Positions 1 through 10,814 of a DNA stretch of 64,000 nt are shown here, in pieces. This stretch comes from Nitrosopumilaceae archaeon (GTDB lineage: Archaea; Thermoproteota; Nitrososphaeria; Nitrososphaerales; Nitrosopumilaceae). The DNA lies in assembly GCA_965203465.1 (NCBI GenBank), contig CBDBCR010000003.1, forward strand, positions 448,001-512,000, given 5' to 3'. The notes under the pieces were generated by a model. That model was not told where the DNA came from. It was given only the letters and a program-made list of their open reading frames with translations, and did not search any database. The position numbers were made by a program, and so were the translations under genes. Each line of letters starts with the position of its first letter. The first letter of the stretch is position 1.

Positions 1-160
1 CGCGCCGCTCGGGGAGACTCTACGGGCCAACGCCGGGCCCGCGGCGCGGGCTGTATTTGTGGTTGTTGCCCGCCCGATCCCCAAACCGTTCCGGCGCCGG
101 AGCGGGGGCGGAAAGCCCCCCGGACGGGCCCGCCGATCGGCGCCCGGGCTGCAAGTACTC

Positions 161-167
161 TTTAAAT
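161..167 (+). promoter_or_regulatory. TATA box of thiC (leaderless-type spacing)
   Basis: TTTAAAT in GC-rich DNA about 25-30 bp upstream of the ATG. Confidence 0.65.
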
Positions 168-190
168 CAGGCCGCCCGCGCCGGCGCCCC

Positions 191-1534
191 ATGCCCACGC
201 AGATGAGCCGCGCCAGGAGCGGCGAAGTCACCGACGAGATGCGCCAGGTCGCGCGCGACGAGGGCGTGGAACCGGAGTGGCTCGCCCCGAGGATAGCGTC
301 CGGCTCTGTCATAATACCGGCCAACACCGGGCGCAGGCAAAAGGCCCACCGCGTCGGCATAGGCAGGGGCCTGAAGACGAAGGTCAACGTCAACATCGGC
401 ACGTCCACGCTCAGCGCCGACCTCGAGGCCGAGAGGGAAAAGGCCAGGGTGGCCGTAAAGTACCACGCCGACACGATAATGGACCTGAGCGACGGCGGCG
501 ACGTGGCCTCGGTGCGCAGGGCGCTCCTGGACGAGGCGCGCATCACGTTCGGGACGGTCCCCATATACCAGGCGTACAACGCCGGCGTGGCGCGCAAGAA
601 CCCCACGGACCTGACCGAGGACGACTTTATCGGCGCGTTCGAGGACAACGTGCGCGACGGCGTCGACTACGTGACCATACACTCGGGGATAACCCTCGAC
701 ATAGCGCGGCGCATAATGTCCGTAAAGAGGAGGGGCGGCGTGGTCAGCAAGGGCGGCACGATAACGGCCGCCTGGATGCTAAAGCACGAAAAGGAAAACC
801 CGTACCACTCGCACTTTGACTACCTGCTCGAGGTGGCGCGCAAGCACGACGTCACGTTCAGCCTGGGCGACGCGCTGCGGCCCGGCTCCATACTCGATTC
901 CCACGACGAGCTGCAGGTGCAGGAGATGATCAACATAGCCAGGCTGACAAAGAGGGCCCACGCGCAGGACGTGCAGGTGATGGTCGAGGGGCCCGGCCAC
1001 GTCCCGCTGGACCAGGTGGCCGCCAACGTGCGCCTGGCAAAGTCGCTCATAGGCGACGTCCCCTACTACGTGCTCGGGCCGCTGGTCACCGACGTGGCCT
1101 CGGGGCACGACCACATAGCCAGCGCCATAGGCGCGGCCGTCTCGGCCGCCGAGGGCGTGGACCTGCTCTGCTACCTGACCCCCTCGGAGCACCTGGCGCT
1201 GCCCGACGCCGGCGAGGTGCGCGCCGGCCTCATAGCGTACCGCATCGCGGCGCACGCGGGCGACCTGGTAAAGATGCGCGAAAAGGCGATAAAGTGGGAC
1301 GAGCAGATGACCGAGGCGCGCAGGAGCCTCGACTGGGAGAGGCAGATAGCCCTCTCGATAGACCCCGAGGAGGCGGCCCGCATACACTCGCGCACCGGAC
1401 AGCACCCGGGCAACAACGTGCCGTGCACCATGTGCGGGGGCGCGTGCGTGTACATCATGCTGCCCCAGCAGCGCAAGTACGCCGAACGGCCCGAGGCCAC
1501 GCCCGGCGGGGCGCAGGCCGCGCGCGCCGACTGA
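191..1534 (+). CDS. thiC: Phosphomethylpyrimidine synthase ThiC
   Basis: KVNVNIGTS, TIMDLS, GGVVSKGG, FSLGDALRPG, YLTPSEHL and CTMCG motifs; ATG at 191 with TTTAAA at 161. Confidence 0.97.
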   Translation: MPTQMSRARSGEVTDEMRQVARDEGVEPEWLAPRIASGSVIIPANTGRRQKAHRVGIGRGLKTKVNVNIGTSTLSADLEAEREKARVAVKYHADTIMDLSDGGDVASVRRALLDEARITFGTVPIYQAYNAGVARKNPTDLTEDDFIGAFEDNVRDGVDYVTIHSGITLDIARRIMSVKRRGGVVSKGGTITAAWMLKHEKENPYHSHFDYLLEVARKHDVTFSLGDALRPGSILDSHDELQVQEMINIARLTKRAHAQDVQVMVEGPGHVPLDQVAANVRLAKSLIGDVPYYVLGPLVTDVASGHDHIASAIGAAVSAAEGVDLLCYLTPSEHLALPDAGEVRAGLIAYRIAAHAGDLVKMREKAIKWDEQMTEARRSLDWERQIALSIDPEEAARIHSRTGQHPGNNVPCTMCGGACVYIMLPQQRKYAERPEATPGGAQAARAD

Positions 1535-1550
1535 AAAAAACCGCCAGTCC

Positions 1551-2411
1551 CTACCTTTCCAGAACCGAGACCATCGAGGTGACGCGCTTGTACGAGGTAG
1601 CCGGATCCGAGACGGCCGCCAGCCTCTCCTGGCAGGCCTTTACGTACTCTACGACCTCCTCGGTCTTTGATTCCTGGACGGCCGTGAGCAGCCTGCCCAC
1701 GTCCTTCCAGAACTCTTCTGCCACCTTGCGCAGCTCCGGGTTGGAGATTATCGTCTCTATGAGGTCTGGGGATTCGGTGAGTATGCTTTCGGCGAGCGCG
1801 CGCTGCACCTTGAACGTGGTGCCGGCCATCTTGTCGGTGAGGCCCGTCTTTTCGTCCTTTGATATGATGCTGGCGAAGACCAGGTTGGACAGGTGCGTGA
1901 GGCCCAGCACCACCGCTATGCGCTTGTCGTGCTCGGCCGCGTCCATGGTGACGAAGCTGGCGCCGGGCAGCAGCGACTTTGCGACGGCCAGCTCTTTTTT
2001 GGCGTCGCGCACCGGCACCGATATGACGTTCTTGTTCTTGAGGCGGCGCGTGCCGGGCCCGAACATGGGGTGTATGCAGACGGGGCTTATCTTGGCGGGC
2101 ATCTTTGAGAGCGCCGAGACGGTCTTTGTCTTTTCCGACGAGATGTCTATGAGGTGCGTGCCCTTTTTCATCTCCTTTGCTATCAGCCTGATGATCTCGG
2201 GGGTCCGGCGCGTGGGGGTGCAGAGCATCACGTACTCGGTGTTCAGTATGGAGCCGACCAGCGAATCGGAGACCTTTATGCCCTTGGCCGAGACGGGGTT
2301 TTCCGGATCGTGGCCGGTCACCTCGAAGCCCAGGTCGGCAAAGTGCCTGCAGAACCAGCGGCCCATCCGGCCGCCGGCCCCAATCACCGTTATGCGCTTT
2401 TTCGCCATCAC
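1551..2411 (-). CDS. tyrA: Prephenate dehydrogenase
   Basis: Rossmann ITVIGAGGRMG, IHPMFGPG, EHDKRIAVVLGLTH; end of aro operon. Confidence 0.93.
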   Translation of the reverse strand: MMAKKRITVIGAGGRMGRWFCRHFADLGFEVTGHDPENPVSAKGIKVSDSLVGSILNTEYVMLCTPTRRTPEIIRLIAKEMKKGTHLIDISSEKTKTVSALSKMPAKISPVCIHPMFGPGTRRLKNKNVISVPVRDAKKELAVAKSLLPGASFVTMDAAEHDKRIAVVLGLTHLSNLVFASIISKDEKTGLTDKMAGTTFKVQRALAESILTESPDLIETIISNPELRKVAEEFWKDVGRLLTAVQESKTEEVVEYVKACQERLAAVSDPATSYKRVTSMVSVLER

Positions 2412-3772
2412 AGCACCCTGGCCAGCCTCCCGACTGCCTCCTTTAGTATTTTTTCGTCCAGGCAGGCGCAGAGCCTCACGAACTCCTTATAATCCCCGAA
2501 CGCCTCGCCCGGCGAGACGGCCAGGCCCTCCCCGAGGGCCCGCGAGCAGACCCCGGCGCCGTCCGCGCCGGTCCGGACGAAGAGGTAGAACGCCCCGTCC
2601 GGCTTTGCGAACTCCAGCCCCGCCTCCGAGGCGGCCGACTCTAGGGCGCGCATGCGCGACTCGACGATGCGCGCGTTGCCCGAGACGTCCGCCTCTAGGG
2701 CGGCCAGCGCGGCGCGCTGCACCGGGGCCGGCACGCAGGTCATGGCGTCGGCCTGCACGCGCGCCATCGCAGAGACGATGCCGGGCTCGGCCACCGCGTA
2801 CCCCGCCCGGAACCCCGTCATGGCGTGCGACTTTGAGAGCGACTGGACAGATATCGACTTTTCGTACCCGTACTCCGAGACCGGCTTTGTCCGCACGCGC
2901 GAGTACGGCCTGTATATCTCGTCTGCGAGAACGTACAGGCCCGCGTCCGAGGCGATGCCGACCAGCTCGTCCTGCGTCTTTTCGGGCAGCACGGCGCCGG
3001 TCGGGTTGTTGGGGTAGTTTAGCACGAGCATGCGCGTGTTGGAAGATACGGCCTCGGAGACGGCGGCCGGATCCGGCACCCAGCCGCCTTCCAGATCGGT
3101 GCGCACTGTCCTGGCCTTGGCGCCCGCGCGCGCGGCGCAGTCTTTGTACGCAGGCCACGCCGGCTCGATCACGATCACTTCGTCGCCCGGATCAAGCAGG
3201 GCCGTCATGGACGCAAATACCGCGAACCTGGCGCCGGCGGTGACCAGCACCCTTGCCGGCTCGGCGCCCTCTTTTCGCGCTATCGCCGCGCGCAGATCCT
3301 CGTCGCCCTCCGGCGCGCCGTACTTCCAGTGGCCGTCCTGCACGGCGCGCGCCAAGGCCCTTCCGGCCTCGGGCGGCGGCGGCAGGTCGAGCTCGCCTAT
3401 CTCCATGTGCATTATCTTCCTGCCCCCCTTTTCCAGCTCGCGCGCGCGCGCGAGCACCGAGGTCGGCGTCTGGGATCCGCAGCACGAGCACCCGTCCGCG
3501 CCGCGCGCCTGCCGGGCGGATCTTTGCACCGAGTGCGATTCGCGCAGCAGCACGCTGAGCAGCCTGGACGCTGTCCCCCTCCCGAGGCCCTCGCGGTCGG
3601 CCTCGCGCAGGACCGCCTCGCGCAGCTGCGCCTCGCGCCGCGCGTCCTCGACGGCCACGCCCAGCTCGCGCTTGGCCTCGCCTATCTGCCGCGCGAGGCG
3701 CGTCCTTTCTGCCATCAGGCGCGTCATCTCGAGGGTGACCCGCTCCATGCGGGCGCGCAGCTCGTCCATCAT
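2408..3772 (-). CDS. Chorismate mutase (AroQ-like N-terminus) fused to class I/II PLP aminotransferase
   Basis: MMDELRARMERV...EDARREAQL mutase-like helices followed by NYPNNPTG, DEIY and SLSKSHAMTGFRAGY; overlaps aroC stop and tyrA start. Confidence 0.9.
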   Translation of the reverse strand: MMDELRARMERVTLEMTRLMAERTRLARQIGEAKRELGVAVEDARREAQLREAVLREADREGLGRGTASRLLSVLLRESHSVQRSARQARGADGCSCCGSQTPTSVLARARELEKGGRKIMHMEIGELDLPPPPEAGRALARAVQDGHWKYGAPEGDEDLRAAIARKEGAEPARVLVTAGARFAVFASMTALLDPGDEVIVIEPAWPAYKDCAARAGAKARTVRTDLEGGWVPDPAAVSEAVSSNTRMLVLNYPNNPTGAVLPEKTQDELVGIASDAGLYVLADEIYRPYSRVRTKPVSEYGYEKSISVQSLSKSHAMTGFRAGYAVAEPGIVSAMARVQADAMTCVPAPVQRAALAALEADVSGNARIVESRMRALESAASEAGLEFAKPDGAFYLFVRTGADGAGVCSRALGEGLAVSPGEAFGDYKEFVRLCACLDEKILKEAVGRLARVL

Positions 3773-4863
3773 TTGAGCACCGCCCCGATAAAGCCCCCCT
3801 GCAGGGCAAGGTCGGCCAAGACCAGCGAGGCGAGCGCGTCGACTACGGGCGGGGCGCGCGGGACCACGCACGGGTCGTGCCTGCCCTTGACCCGCAGCGT
3901 CTCCTCGGTGCCCGACTCCAGGTCCACTGTCTTCTGCGGAGAGGCTATCGACGAGACCGGCTTGAAGGCTATGCGCGCCGTTATCGGCATGCCGTTGGAT
4001 ATGCCGCCGAGTATGCCGCCGGAGCGGTTGGTGCGCGTGACCACCCGGCCGCCCCTGTAGGCGTACTCGTCGTTGTTCTGCGAGCCTGTCCTGCGCGCGC
4101 CGGCAAAGCCGGAGCCGAACTCGACGCCCTTTACGGACGGTATGGAAAAGAAGGCCCGGCTCATCTCCGATTCTACGGACGCAAAGACCGGCTCGCCCAC
4201 GCCGGCCGGCACGCCCTCGGTGATCGACTCCACCACGCCGCCTAGCGAATCGCCGCGCTTGCGCGCCCCGACTATGGCCGCGCGCATCAGCTTTGCGGCC
4301 CCGGCGTCGGGGCACCGCACGTCGTTCGAATACGCGAGATCGGGCTTGCCCGAGTACCTGCCGCGCATCGACACGGTTCCTATGCTGTGCGTGTACGAGT
4401 GAGTCTTTACGCCGAGGCACTCGGAGAGCAGCTTGCGCGCGACCGCGCCGCCCATCACGTGCGCCGCCGTCAGCCTGCCGGAGAACCTGCCGCCGCCGCG
4501 CACGTCGTTGTGGCCGGCGTACTTTACCGTCGCCGCATAGTCCGAATGGCCCGGCCTCGGCCTGCGGAACAGTTCCTCGTAGTCGGACGAGCGCGCGTCG
4601 GCGTTGCGTATCACCATGGCCACGGGCGCGCCGGTGGTCTTGCCGCGGAACGTGCCGGAGAGTATCTCGACCCTGTCGGATTCGCGGCGCTGCGTCGATA
4701 TGGAGGACTGCCCCGGCCGCCGCACGTCGAGCATCGGCTGTATGTCGCCTTCGTCCAGCGCCAGCCCGGCGGGGCAGCCGTCTAGCATCGCCCCGACGCA
4801 CTTGCCGTGGCTCTCGCCAAAGCTCGAGAGCACCAGCCTGCTTCCCATCGAGTTGCCCGGCAA
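3769..4863 (-). CDS. aroC: Chorismate synthase
   Basis: SFGESHG, RPGHSD, GGGRFSGR, GGILGGISNG and GRHDPCV motifs; probable TTG start at 4863. Confidence 0.96.
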   Translation of the reverse strand: MPGNSMGSRLVLSSFGESHGKCVGAMLDGCPAGLALDEGDIQPMLDVRRPGQSSISTQRRESDRVEILSGTFRGKTTGAPVAMVIRNADARSSDYEELFRRPRPGHSDYAATVKYAGHNDVRGGGRFSGRLTAAHVMGGAVARKLLSECLGVKTHSYTHSIGTVSMRGRYSGKPDLAYSNDVRCPDAGAAKLMRAAIVGARKRGDSLGGVVESITEGVPAGVGEPVFASVESEMSRAFFSIPSVKGVEFGSGFAGARRTGSQNNDEYAYRGGRVVTRTNRSGGILGGISNGMPITARIAFKPVSSIASPQKTVDLESGTEETLRVKGRHDPCVVPRAPPVVDALASLVLADLALQGGFIGAVLK

Positions 4864-5109
4864 CGCCCTTGCCGCCCCCGCGGTGCTTATAACTTGAGCG
4901 GCCGCGGCGGGGCGCAGCCGACTCGGCCGGCGCTGCCCGCGCCCGGCTTGCCGAGGCGACGGCGTTGCGCACTGCGCATGTGCGACTCCCAAGGCAGCGC
5001 GCTTGCAGTGAAAAGTTCACGGTCGCGCTTTCGGCTTCGAAAGTCCTCGAAAAACGGCCGGACTTTTCCGCGCGGGCAAGGCGTGGAACCTTCCGTTCCC
5101 GCGGCGGTG

Positions 5110-6135
5110 CTATGATCCGATGCTCATGCCCCCTACGTTTTCGTACGCTTCGCTCTCGTCAACGTCCACGCGTATGGGTATTGCGACTTCCGATCCGGCA
5201 TGCTCGGCGCGCTTGTCCACTATGGAGATCGTCCTTTCGATCGGCTCGTATTCGTTTTCCATGTTGTCCTTGTAAAAAAATCGCACTCGCACTTCTGCGC
5301 TAGGCGGCCGCGCCGGCGCCGTCCCGGCTCGTGGTTCTTGCGGACTGTCGCCTGCCGAGCTCGGAGACGGCGCTCGGCGCGAATACCGCATCCTGGTCGG
5401 CGATTCCAGACGAGAATTGGCGCCCAAGTGGCGCCCCAGCGCTTCAGAGACGATCTGCGAAAGGCACGATTCTACAGCACGGCGGGCCGCGTCTGCCGCT
5501 TTTTGTCCGTCGTTGTGGATCAACTCGTAAAGAGCCCGCACGTAGTCGTCCGCGCCCGAGGACACGCCTTCGCCGACTGCTCTGAGCAGAGTGTCGCCCG
5601 TCAGCGGCGAGCTTTCGGATATGATTCTGCCGCCCGTCTTGCATTCTGCGCGCAGGCGGATCTCTCCGAAGCCGAGAAACTTGAGACTGATCGGCACGGC
5701 CGGCCCGCCCTTGGCGTCAGACAAAACCAGTTTTTCCTGCATGCGGGCAAACTCTACGCGGGGCCTGAATATTCGCGCGTGTGCGAAATGGCGGTCTTTG
5801 GTGCCGTCCCGGTACACCACGTCGATGGGGATCGGGATCTGCGTCTTGAGGGAATCGGGTAGCGCCTTTGTGGCGACCGCGATGCCGAAATAGTCATAGT
5901 CGCTGCGGGCCGATTTTCCTATCTCCCTGACCGTTATGGTCTGGCCGTTTTCGTATTCCGATATGTTGATCGTGTCTGCTAGTTTGAGGCGCTCGTCCAG
6001 GAATATTCGCACGCAGTCGATCTTGTGCGTGACAGCCTTGTTTATCTTGACGTGCACCGGAATCTCTTCCCTAGGCAACGCCCACTTGGGACAGGTTATT
6101 TCAAACCCGGATACATGCACCCCCGGAATTTCCAC
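5110..6135 (-). CDS. Hypothetical protein (beta-rich), accessory insertion in the aro operon
   Basis: Protein-like C-terminal part of ORF 5110..7839 with lower GC; start uncertain (GTG 6135). Confidence 0.65.
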   Translation of the reverse strand: MEIPGVHVSGFEITCPKWALPREEIPVHVKINKAVTHKIDCVRIFLDERLKLADTINISEYENGQTITVREIGKSARSDYDYFGIAVATKALPDSLKTQIPIPIDVVYRDGTKDRHFAHARIFRPRVEFARMQEKLVLSDAKGGPAVPISLKFLGFGEIRLRAECKTGGRIISESSPLTGDTLLRAVGEGVSSGADDYVRALYELIHNDGQKAADAARRAVESCLSQIVSEALGRHLGANSRLESPTRMRYSRRAPSPSSAGDSPQEPRAGTAPARPPSAEVRVRFFYKDNMENEYEPIERTISIVDKRAEHAGSEVAIPIRVDVDESEAYENVGGMSIGS

Positions 6136-6344
6136 AATGTCGTATATCTGAGTTTCGTGCCGGATCCGGACAACTTGGCGAGTTGCGCCTACCGTAGTCT
6201 TGTGGCAGCAGTTTCCGTGCGGGCAAGCGGATGCCGAAACCGCAGGACGGGCGGCTGGGCCTGAAACCGGATCCGCAGACGGCCCGCCGCGCTTGAAGCA
6301 CCCGACGGATCCCAATTTGCGCCAAGCTGCCCGATACGACCAGA

Positions 6345-7839
6345 TCATCCGCCGTACTGCAGAACTTCCACCGAGGCGCCGCGCGCGGCCCACCGGCCGT
6401 GCTCGAAGAACGGCGACTGGCCCGTCTGGGGATCCAGCGCCCTGCGCAGATCCGCGTAGAGCTCGCCTGCGTACCACCGCTGCCACGGCCCGCCCAGGCC
6501 CGGCCCCTCGAAGTAGGCCAGCGAGCGCGAGCCGTCGCGGAATTCGGCCAGCCTGCCGCCGTTCTCCATCATCCAGGATCCGGCCACCAAGACCATCCCC
6601 TCCTGCGGCTCGTCTGGCAGCTCGCCGTAGGGGACAAACTCGGCGCCGCGCAGGTGCGACGGGAGCCACCCGTACGTCTGGTTTGAGACGAGCGGGGACG
6701 CGCCGTCGTGGTTTTGCAGCACCCACGACATGGCGGCCAGCTGCGCCTCGGTCGCGTCGGCGTGTATCACCGTGCCGCTCACGGAGAGGCCAAAGGCGGC
6801 CAGGGCCGCGACGGCTGCCATCGCCGCGCGCCCTCCGAGGCGGGGGCGCGGCCCGGCAGGCCAGCTTGTCGATCATGGCGGCGGCCGCCACGCACGCGGC
6901 CGGCAGCAGCAGCACGAGGTGATAGTACACCACGTACCCGAGCAGGCCGAAAAAAACCAGGACGGGCAGCATCCACAGCAGCAGGAACCTGTCCCGCGTT
7001 GCCAGCGCGTAGGCCAGCCCGCACGCGCCCAGCGCCGTCATGACCGGATCGGTCATGAACAGCACCGCCAGGGCCGACGGCAGGCCCGCGTTGGCCCGGC
7101 CGGCCTGCCACAGCACGGCGTCGAGCCACGCGGGCAGCTGCCCGGCAAGGGCGGCAACGGCAGGCCAAGCCGACGCCGTCAGGGCGGCCGGCGCGACGTA
7201 CAAGACCGCGTGCGATGCCTGCCGGCGCGCCGCGTAGGCCAGCCCCGCGGCCAGCGGCAGCGCCGCCAGCGACGGCACCTTGGTCAGCAGTGCCAGCCCC
7301 ATGCAGGCGCCGGCCGCGGCCAGCAGCGGCGCGCGGCGGCTCGGGGGGCACCTTCCCGCGCGCATCGCAAGAAAGACGGACAAGAGCACGAGGGGTAGCA
7401 TCACCGAATCCAGCAGGACGTGGCGCAGCACCAGCGAGACGGGCATCACCGCAAACATCACCGAGGCCAGCAGGGCGGCGCGCGGCCCGTACCGCTCGTC
7501 GGCTATCCGGTACACCAGGAACGCGCCGGCCACTGCCAGCAGGCCCATGAACGTGCGCGGCACCGCGTAGAACTTTTCCAGCTGCTCGGGATCGGCGCCC
7601 TCGCCGACGTCCGGATAGCCCGCGGCCGCCATGAACCCGGCGATGGCCACCTGCCCGAAGAACGGGTGGTCGTAGCCGTGCAGCACGTCGCCGTCCAGCG
7701 CCCCGAGGCTGCGCGAGATGTACGCCGACTCGTCGTCGTACAGATCCGGAAACCCCGCCGGGTTCCACATGTGGGTGTAGGCGCACAGCGCCACCGGGAT
7801 CAGCACCCACAGGCGCCTGTCCGAAAGCCTGCCCGACAC
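6345..7839 (-). pseudogene. ArnT/PMT (GT-C) family membrane glycosyltransferase, split by a +1 frameshift near 6845
   Basis: DDESAY, YDHPFFG, VLLDS and LALLTK motifs with many TM helices; continues in ORF 6345..6821 if one G of the G5 run at 6842-6846 is removed. Confidence 0.8.
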
Positions 7840-7861
7840 GCGCGCTTTTCGCGCGCGTCAC

Positions 7862-9133
7862 TTAAAACCCGTCCGAAGGCGCGCCGCCGGGCAGCTCGTC
7901 GATGCGCGCCCCCAGGCCCCGCATCTGCTCGACGAACCCGGGCCACGAGACGGCCGCGGACTCTGGATCCGCCACCCGGAACCCGCCCACCCGCATGCCG
8001 GCCGCGCAGAACGCCATGAACAGGCGGTGGTCGCCGCGCGGATCGAGGTCTGCGCCGCGCAGCTCGCCGCTGCCGTCGAGCACCGCGCCGTCGGGCAGCT
8101 CTTGCGCCCGCACGCCGGCCTTTGCGAGCTCCGAGCATATCAGCGATATCCTGTCCGTCTCCTTGTGGCGCGCGTGGGCCACGCCGGTTATCCTCAGCGG
8201 CCCCGAGCACCCCACCGAGAGCGCCGCGAGGGGAGGAAGCAGGTCGGGTGATCCGGACAGGTCGAACTTGCCTCCGCTCAGCCTGCCGGGCGACTCTACT
8301 GTCACCGACGAGGAATCGGATCGCACGCGCGCGCCCATCCCCTCTAGCATGCCCAGAAACGCAGAGTCGCCCTGCGGCAGGCCGCCCCCGCGCGCCTCGA
8401 CCGTCGCGCCGCCGCACAGCGCGGCTGCCGCGAGCGCCAGCGCCATGGCAGAATAGTCCGACGGCACCTCAAAGTCCGCCGGCGCGTACCGGCCCGAGGC
8501 CCGGTACACGTCGCCGTCGGCCGAGGCCTCGGCGCCGAACCTGCGCATCACCGCCACGGTGGCCTCGACGTACGGCCGCGACACCAGGCCGGGGGCCCGC
8601 ACGGTTACGCCGCCGGCCGGCGGCGCGCACATCAGCAGCGATGTGACAAACTGGCTCGACACGTCCCCCGGCACGTCCACGGTGCCGGGCCGCAGCGGGC
8701 CCCTCACCGAGAACGGCGGCCTGCCCGAATCTGACTCGCACGAGGCGCCGAGCGAAGAGAGCGCATCGAGCAGCGGCCCCACCGGCCTGGAGCGCAGGCT
8801 CCCGTCGCCCGTAAGGACGGTCCGGGAGCCGGACAGGGCCGCCACGCCGGCTGCTATGCGGATGGTCGTGCCCGAGTTGCCCGCGTCTATGCGGGCGGGG
8901 CCGCGGGAATGGTCTATGGGGGAGCAGACGCGCACGTCCCCGTCCGATTCTACCGAGGCCCCCATGGCGCGGCACGCCTCGATGCTGGCGCGCGTGTCGG
9001 CCGAATGCAGCGGGCCGCGCACCCGCCCCCCGCCGGCCAGCGCCGCCGCGAAGACGGCCCTGTGCGTGTAGCTCTTGCTCGGGGGGCAGCGCGCCCTTCC
9101 CGACAGCTCGGAGCGCTCAACCCTGCACCACAT
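7862..9133 (-). CDS. aroA: 3-phosphoshikimate 1-carboxyvinyltransferase (EPSP synthase)
   Basis: PPSKSYTHRA, GNSGTT, SSQF, KETDRI and DHRLFM motifs; ATG at 9133. Confidence 0.96.
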   Translation of the reverse strand: MWCRVERSELSGRARCPPSKSYTHRAVFAAALAGGGRVRGPLHSADTRASIEACRAMGASVESDGDVRVCSPIDHSRGPARIDAGNSGTTIRIAAGVAALSGSRTVLTGDGSLRSRPVGPLLDALSSLGASCESDSGRPPFSVRGPLRPGTVDVPGDVSSQFVTSLLMCAPPAGGVTVRAPGLVSRPYVEATVAVMRRFGAEASADGDVYRASGRYAPADFEVPSDYSAMALALAAAALCGGATVEARGGGLPQGDSAFLGMLEGMGARVRSDSSSVTVESPGRLSGGKFDLSGSPDLLPPLAALSVGCSGPLRITGVAHARHKETDRISLICSELAKAGVRAQELPDGAVLDGSGELRGADLDPRGDHRLFMAFCAAGMRVGGFRVADPESAAVSWPGFVEQMRGLGARIDELPGGAPSDGF

Positions 9134-9975
9134 GCGCGTCCGCCTTTTTGTTGCTGATGCCCGCCCTCTATCACGCGGCCGTCGTGCTCTTTGAGGAACT
9201 TCACCACGGCCGGCATGTCGGGCCTGCGCGCGACGGCGGCCACCGACGGCCCGTTGCCCGAGACCGACGCGGCTAGCGCGCCGCGCTCCATGAGGCCCGG
9301 CACGAGGCGCGGATCGGAGCCGAGCACGGCGGCGGCGGCCAGCCCGTTGATGGTCATGGCCTCCCAGTACCTGCCGTCCCGGGCCAGCTGCCATGCCGCG
9401 CCGAACGCGCCGCGCATCGACGAGAGCCGCCGCACGTTGCCCCGCCTGCGCGAGCGCGGCACGAATATGGCCACCGACGCGTCGCCCGAATACTCGCGGT
9501 GTAGCACGCGCCTCCTCTTGCGGTTGTCCGTCACGTTGAACCCCCCGTAGTAGCAGGCGCACGCGTCGTCGTAGGCGCCGGTGATGCTGACCTTGGCCTC
9601 GATCGAGGCCTCCACGCCGGCAAGCAGCACGTCCCTGTCGCCGGCCCCGTCGCCGGCCAGCCGCGAGCAGGCCATCGCGACCGCCGTCGATATGGCGCTG
9701 GAGCTCTTTAGGCCGTAGCCGGTCGGTATCGAGCTTTCCAGCGATACCACTATGCGCCTGCGCGAGAGCATGCGGCGGGGCACGGAGCGGCGCACCGTCG
9801 CGTTGACCAGCCGCGAGCTGGGCGTGCCGCCGCGGTGGCGCAGGACCACGCCCCTGCCCGGCGCGTCCTCGACGGTCACGCTCACCTGCATGTCGGTGCC
9901 CAGCGTGGCGCCCTTGCCGTTGGCGATGGCGTTGACTATCGAGACGGCCCCGTGGACGGTCGCTTTCGCCTTCAA
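9117..9975 (-). CDS. aroK: Archaeal (GHMP-type) shikimate kinase; +1 frameshift near 9165 alters the C-terminus
   Basis: GAVSIVNAIA, GLKSSSA, TGAYDD and SVSGNGPS; alternative frame gives the expected ending ISNKKADAHVVQG* at 9117. Confidence 0.9.
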
Positions 9976-10779
9976 GGCCCCACCAGCGCCTTTTTCATGT
10001 GGGCGCGCGCATCGTCCCTACCGTGCCATATCTGAAACGAGCGCACCGCCTGCGGCCAGCAGCATCTCGTGTCCGTATACGGGCTCGGCGCCGGCCCCGC
10101 GCGCGGCCCGCAGCAGCTGCGTGCGGGCAGGAGAGTACACCATGTCGTATACGGTCATCCCGGAGGTCAGCCCGCCGGTCTTGACGGCCGGCGGCCCGCC
10201 CCCCGCGCCGGCCGGCGTGGCGTTGACCACCAGGTCGTGCCCCGAGACGTCGGGCATGGGCCCGGCCGCCTCTGCCTCCTGGCCGAGCCTGCCGGCGAAC
10301 CTTGCCATGTCCCTGCCGTTCTGCGCGCTGCGCGACGATATGGTTATCCTGCCCGCGCCCTCTTTTGCGAGGCCGGCGACTGCCGCGCGCGCGGCCCCGC
10401 CGGTGCCGACCACGAGCGCCGACGTTCCGCCCAGATCCAGGCCGCGCGAGAGCAGCGGCTCCAGAAACCCGTCCATGTCGGTGTTGTAGCCGCGCATCGT
10501 GCCTTCCGTATCCGAGACGGTGTTGGCCGCCCCTATCAGGCTGCACGCCTCGTCGGTCTTGTCCAGGTATTCCATGATGCCGACCTTGTGCGGTATGGTC
10601 ACGTTGTAGCCGGCTATGCGCGCCTCGCGCAGCGCCGGGACGGCCTCGTCGAGGCCGCCGGGCGGCACGCGGTAGGCGATGTACGCAGAATCCATGCCCA
10701 GCTCGCGGAACGCGGCGTTGTGCATGGCCGGCGAGAGCGACCGGCCGACCGGATCGCCGATGAGCGCGTACGTTGCCAC
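9972..10779 (-). CDS. aroE: Shikimate dehydrogenase; +1 frameshift near 10055 displaces the last about 27 residues
   Basis: SLSPAMHN, NVTIPHK, NTDMDG, GTGGAA and NATP; alternative frame gives QAVRSFQIWHG...MKKALVGP* overlapping the aroK start. Confidence 0.92.
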
Positions 10780-10814
10780 GTGCCGCGCGCCGTCCGGGCC
10801 GATTTAAAAAGCAT

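Noticed and set aside
1-190. TPP riboswitch upstream of thiC
   Set aside because: Only a GC hairpin (GGGGGC-GGAAA-GCCCCC); no CTGAGA or other TPP core motifs, and the TATA box implies a leaderless transcript
5110-7839. 909-aa glycosyltransferase fusion protein
   Set aside because: Artefact of the frameshift near 6845 reading through in a junk frame into a separate downstream gene
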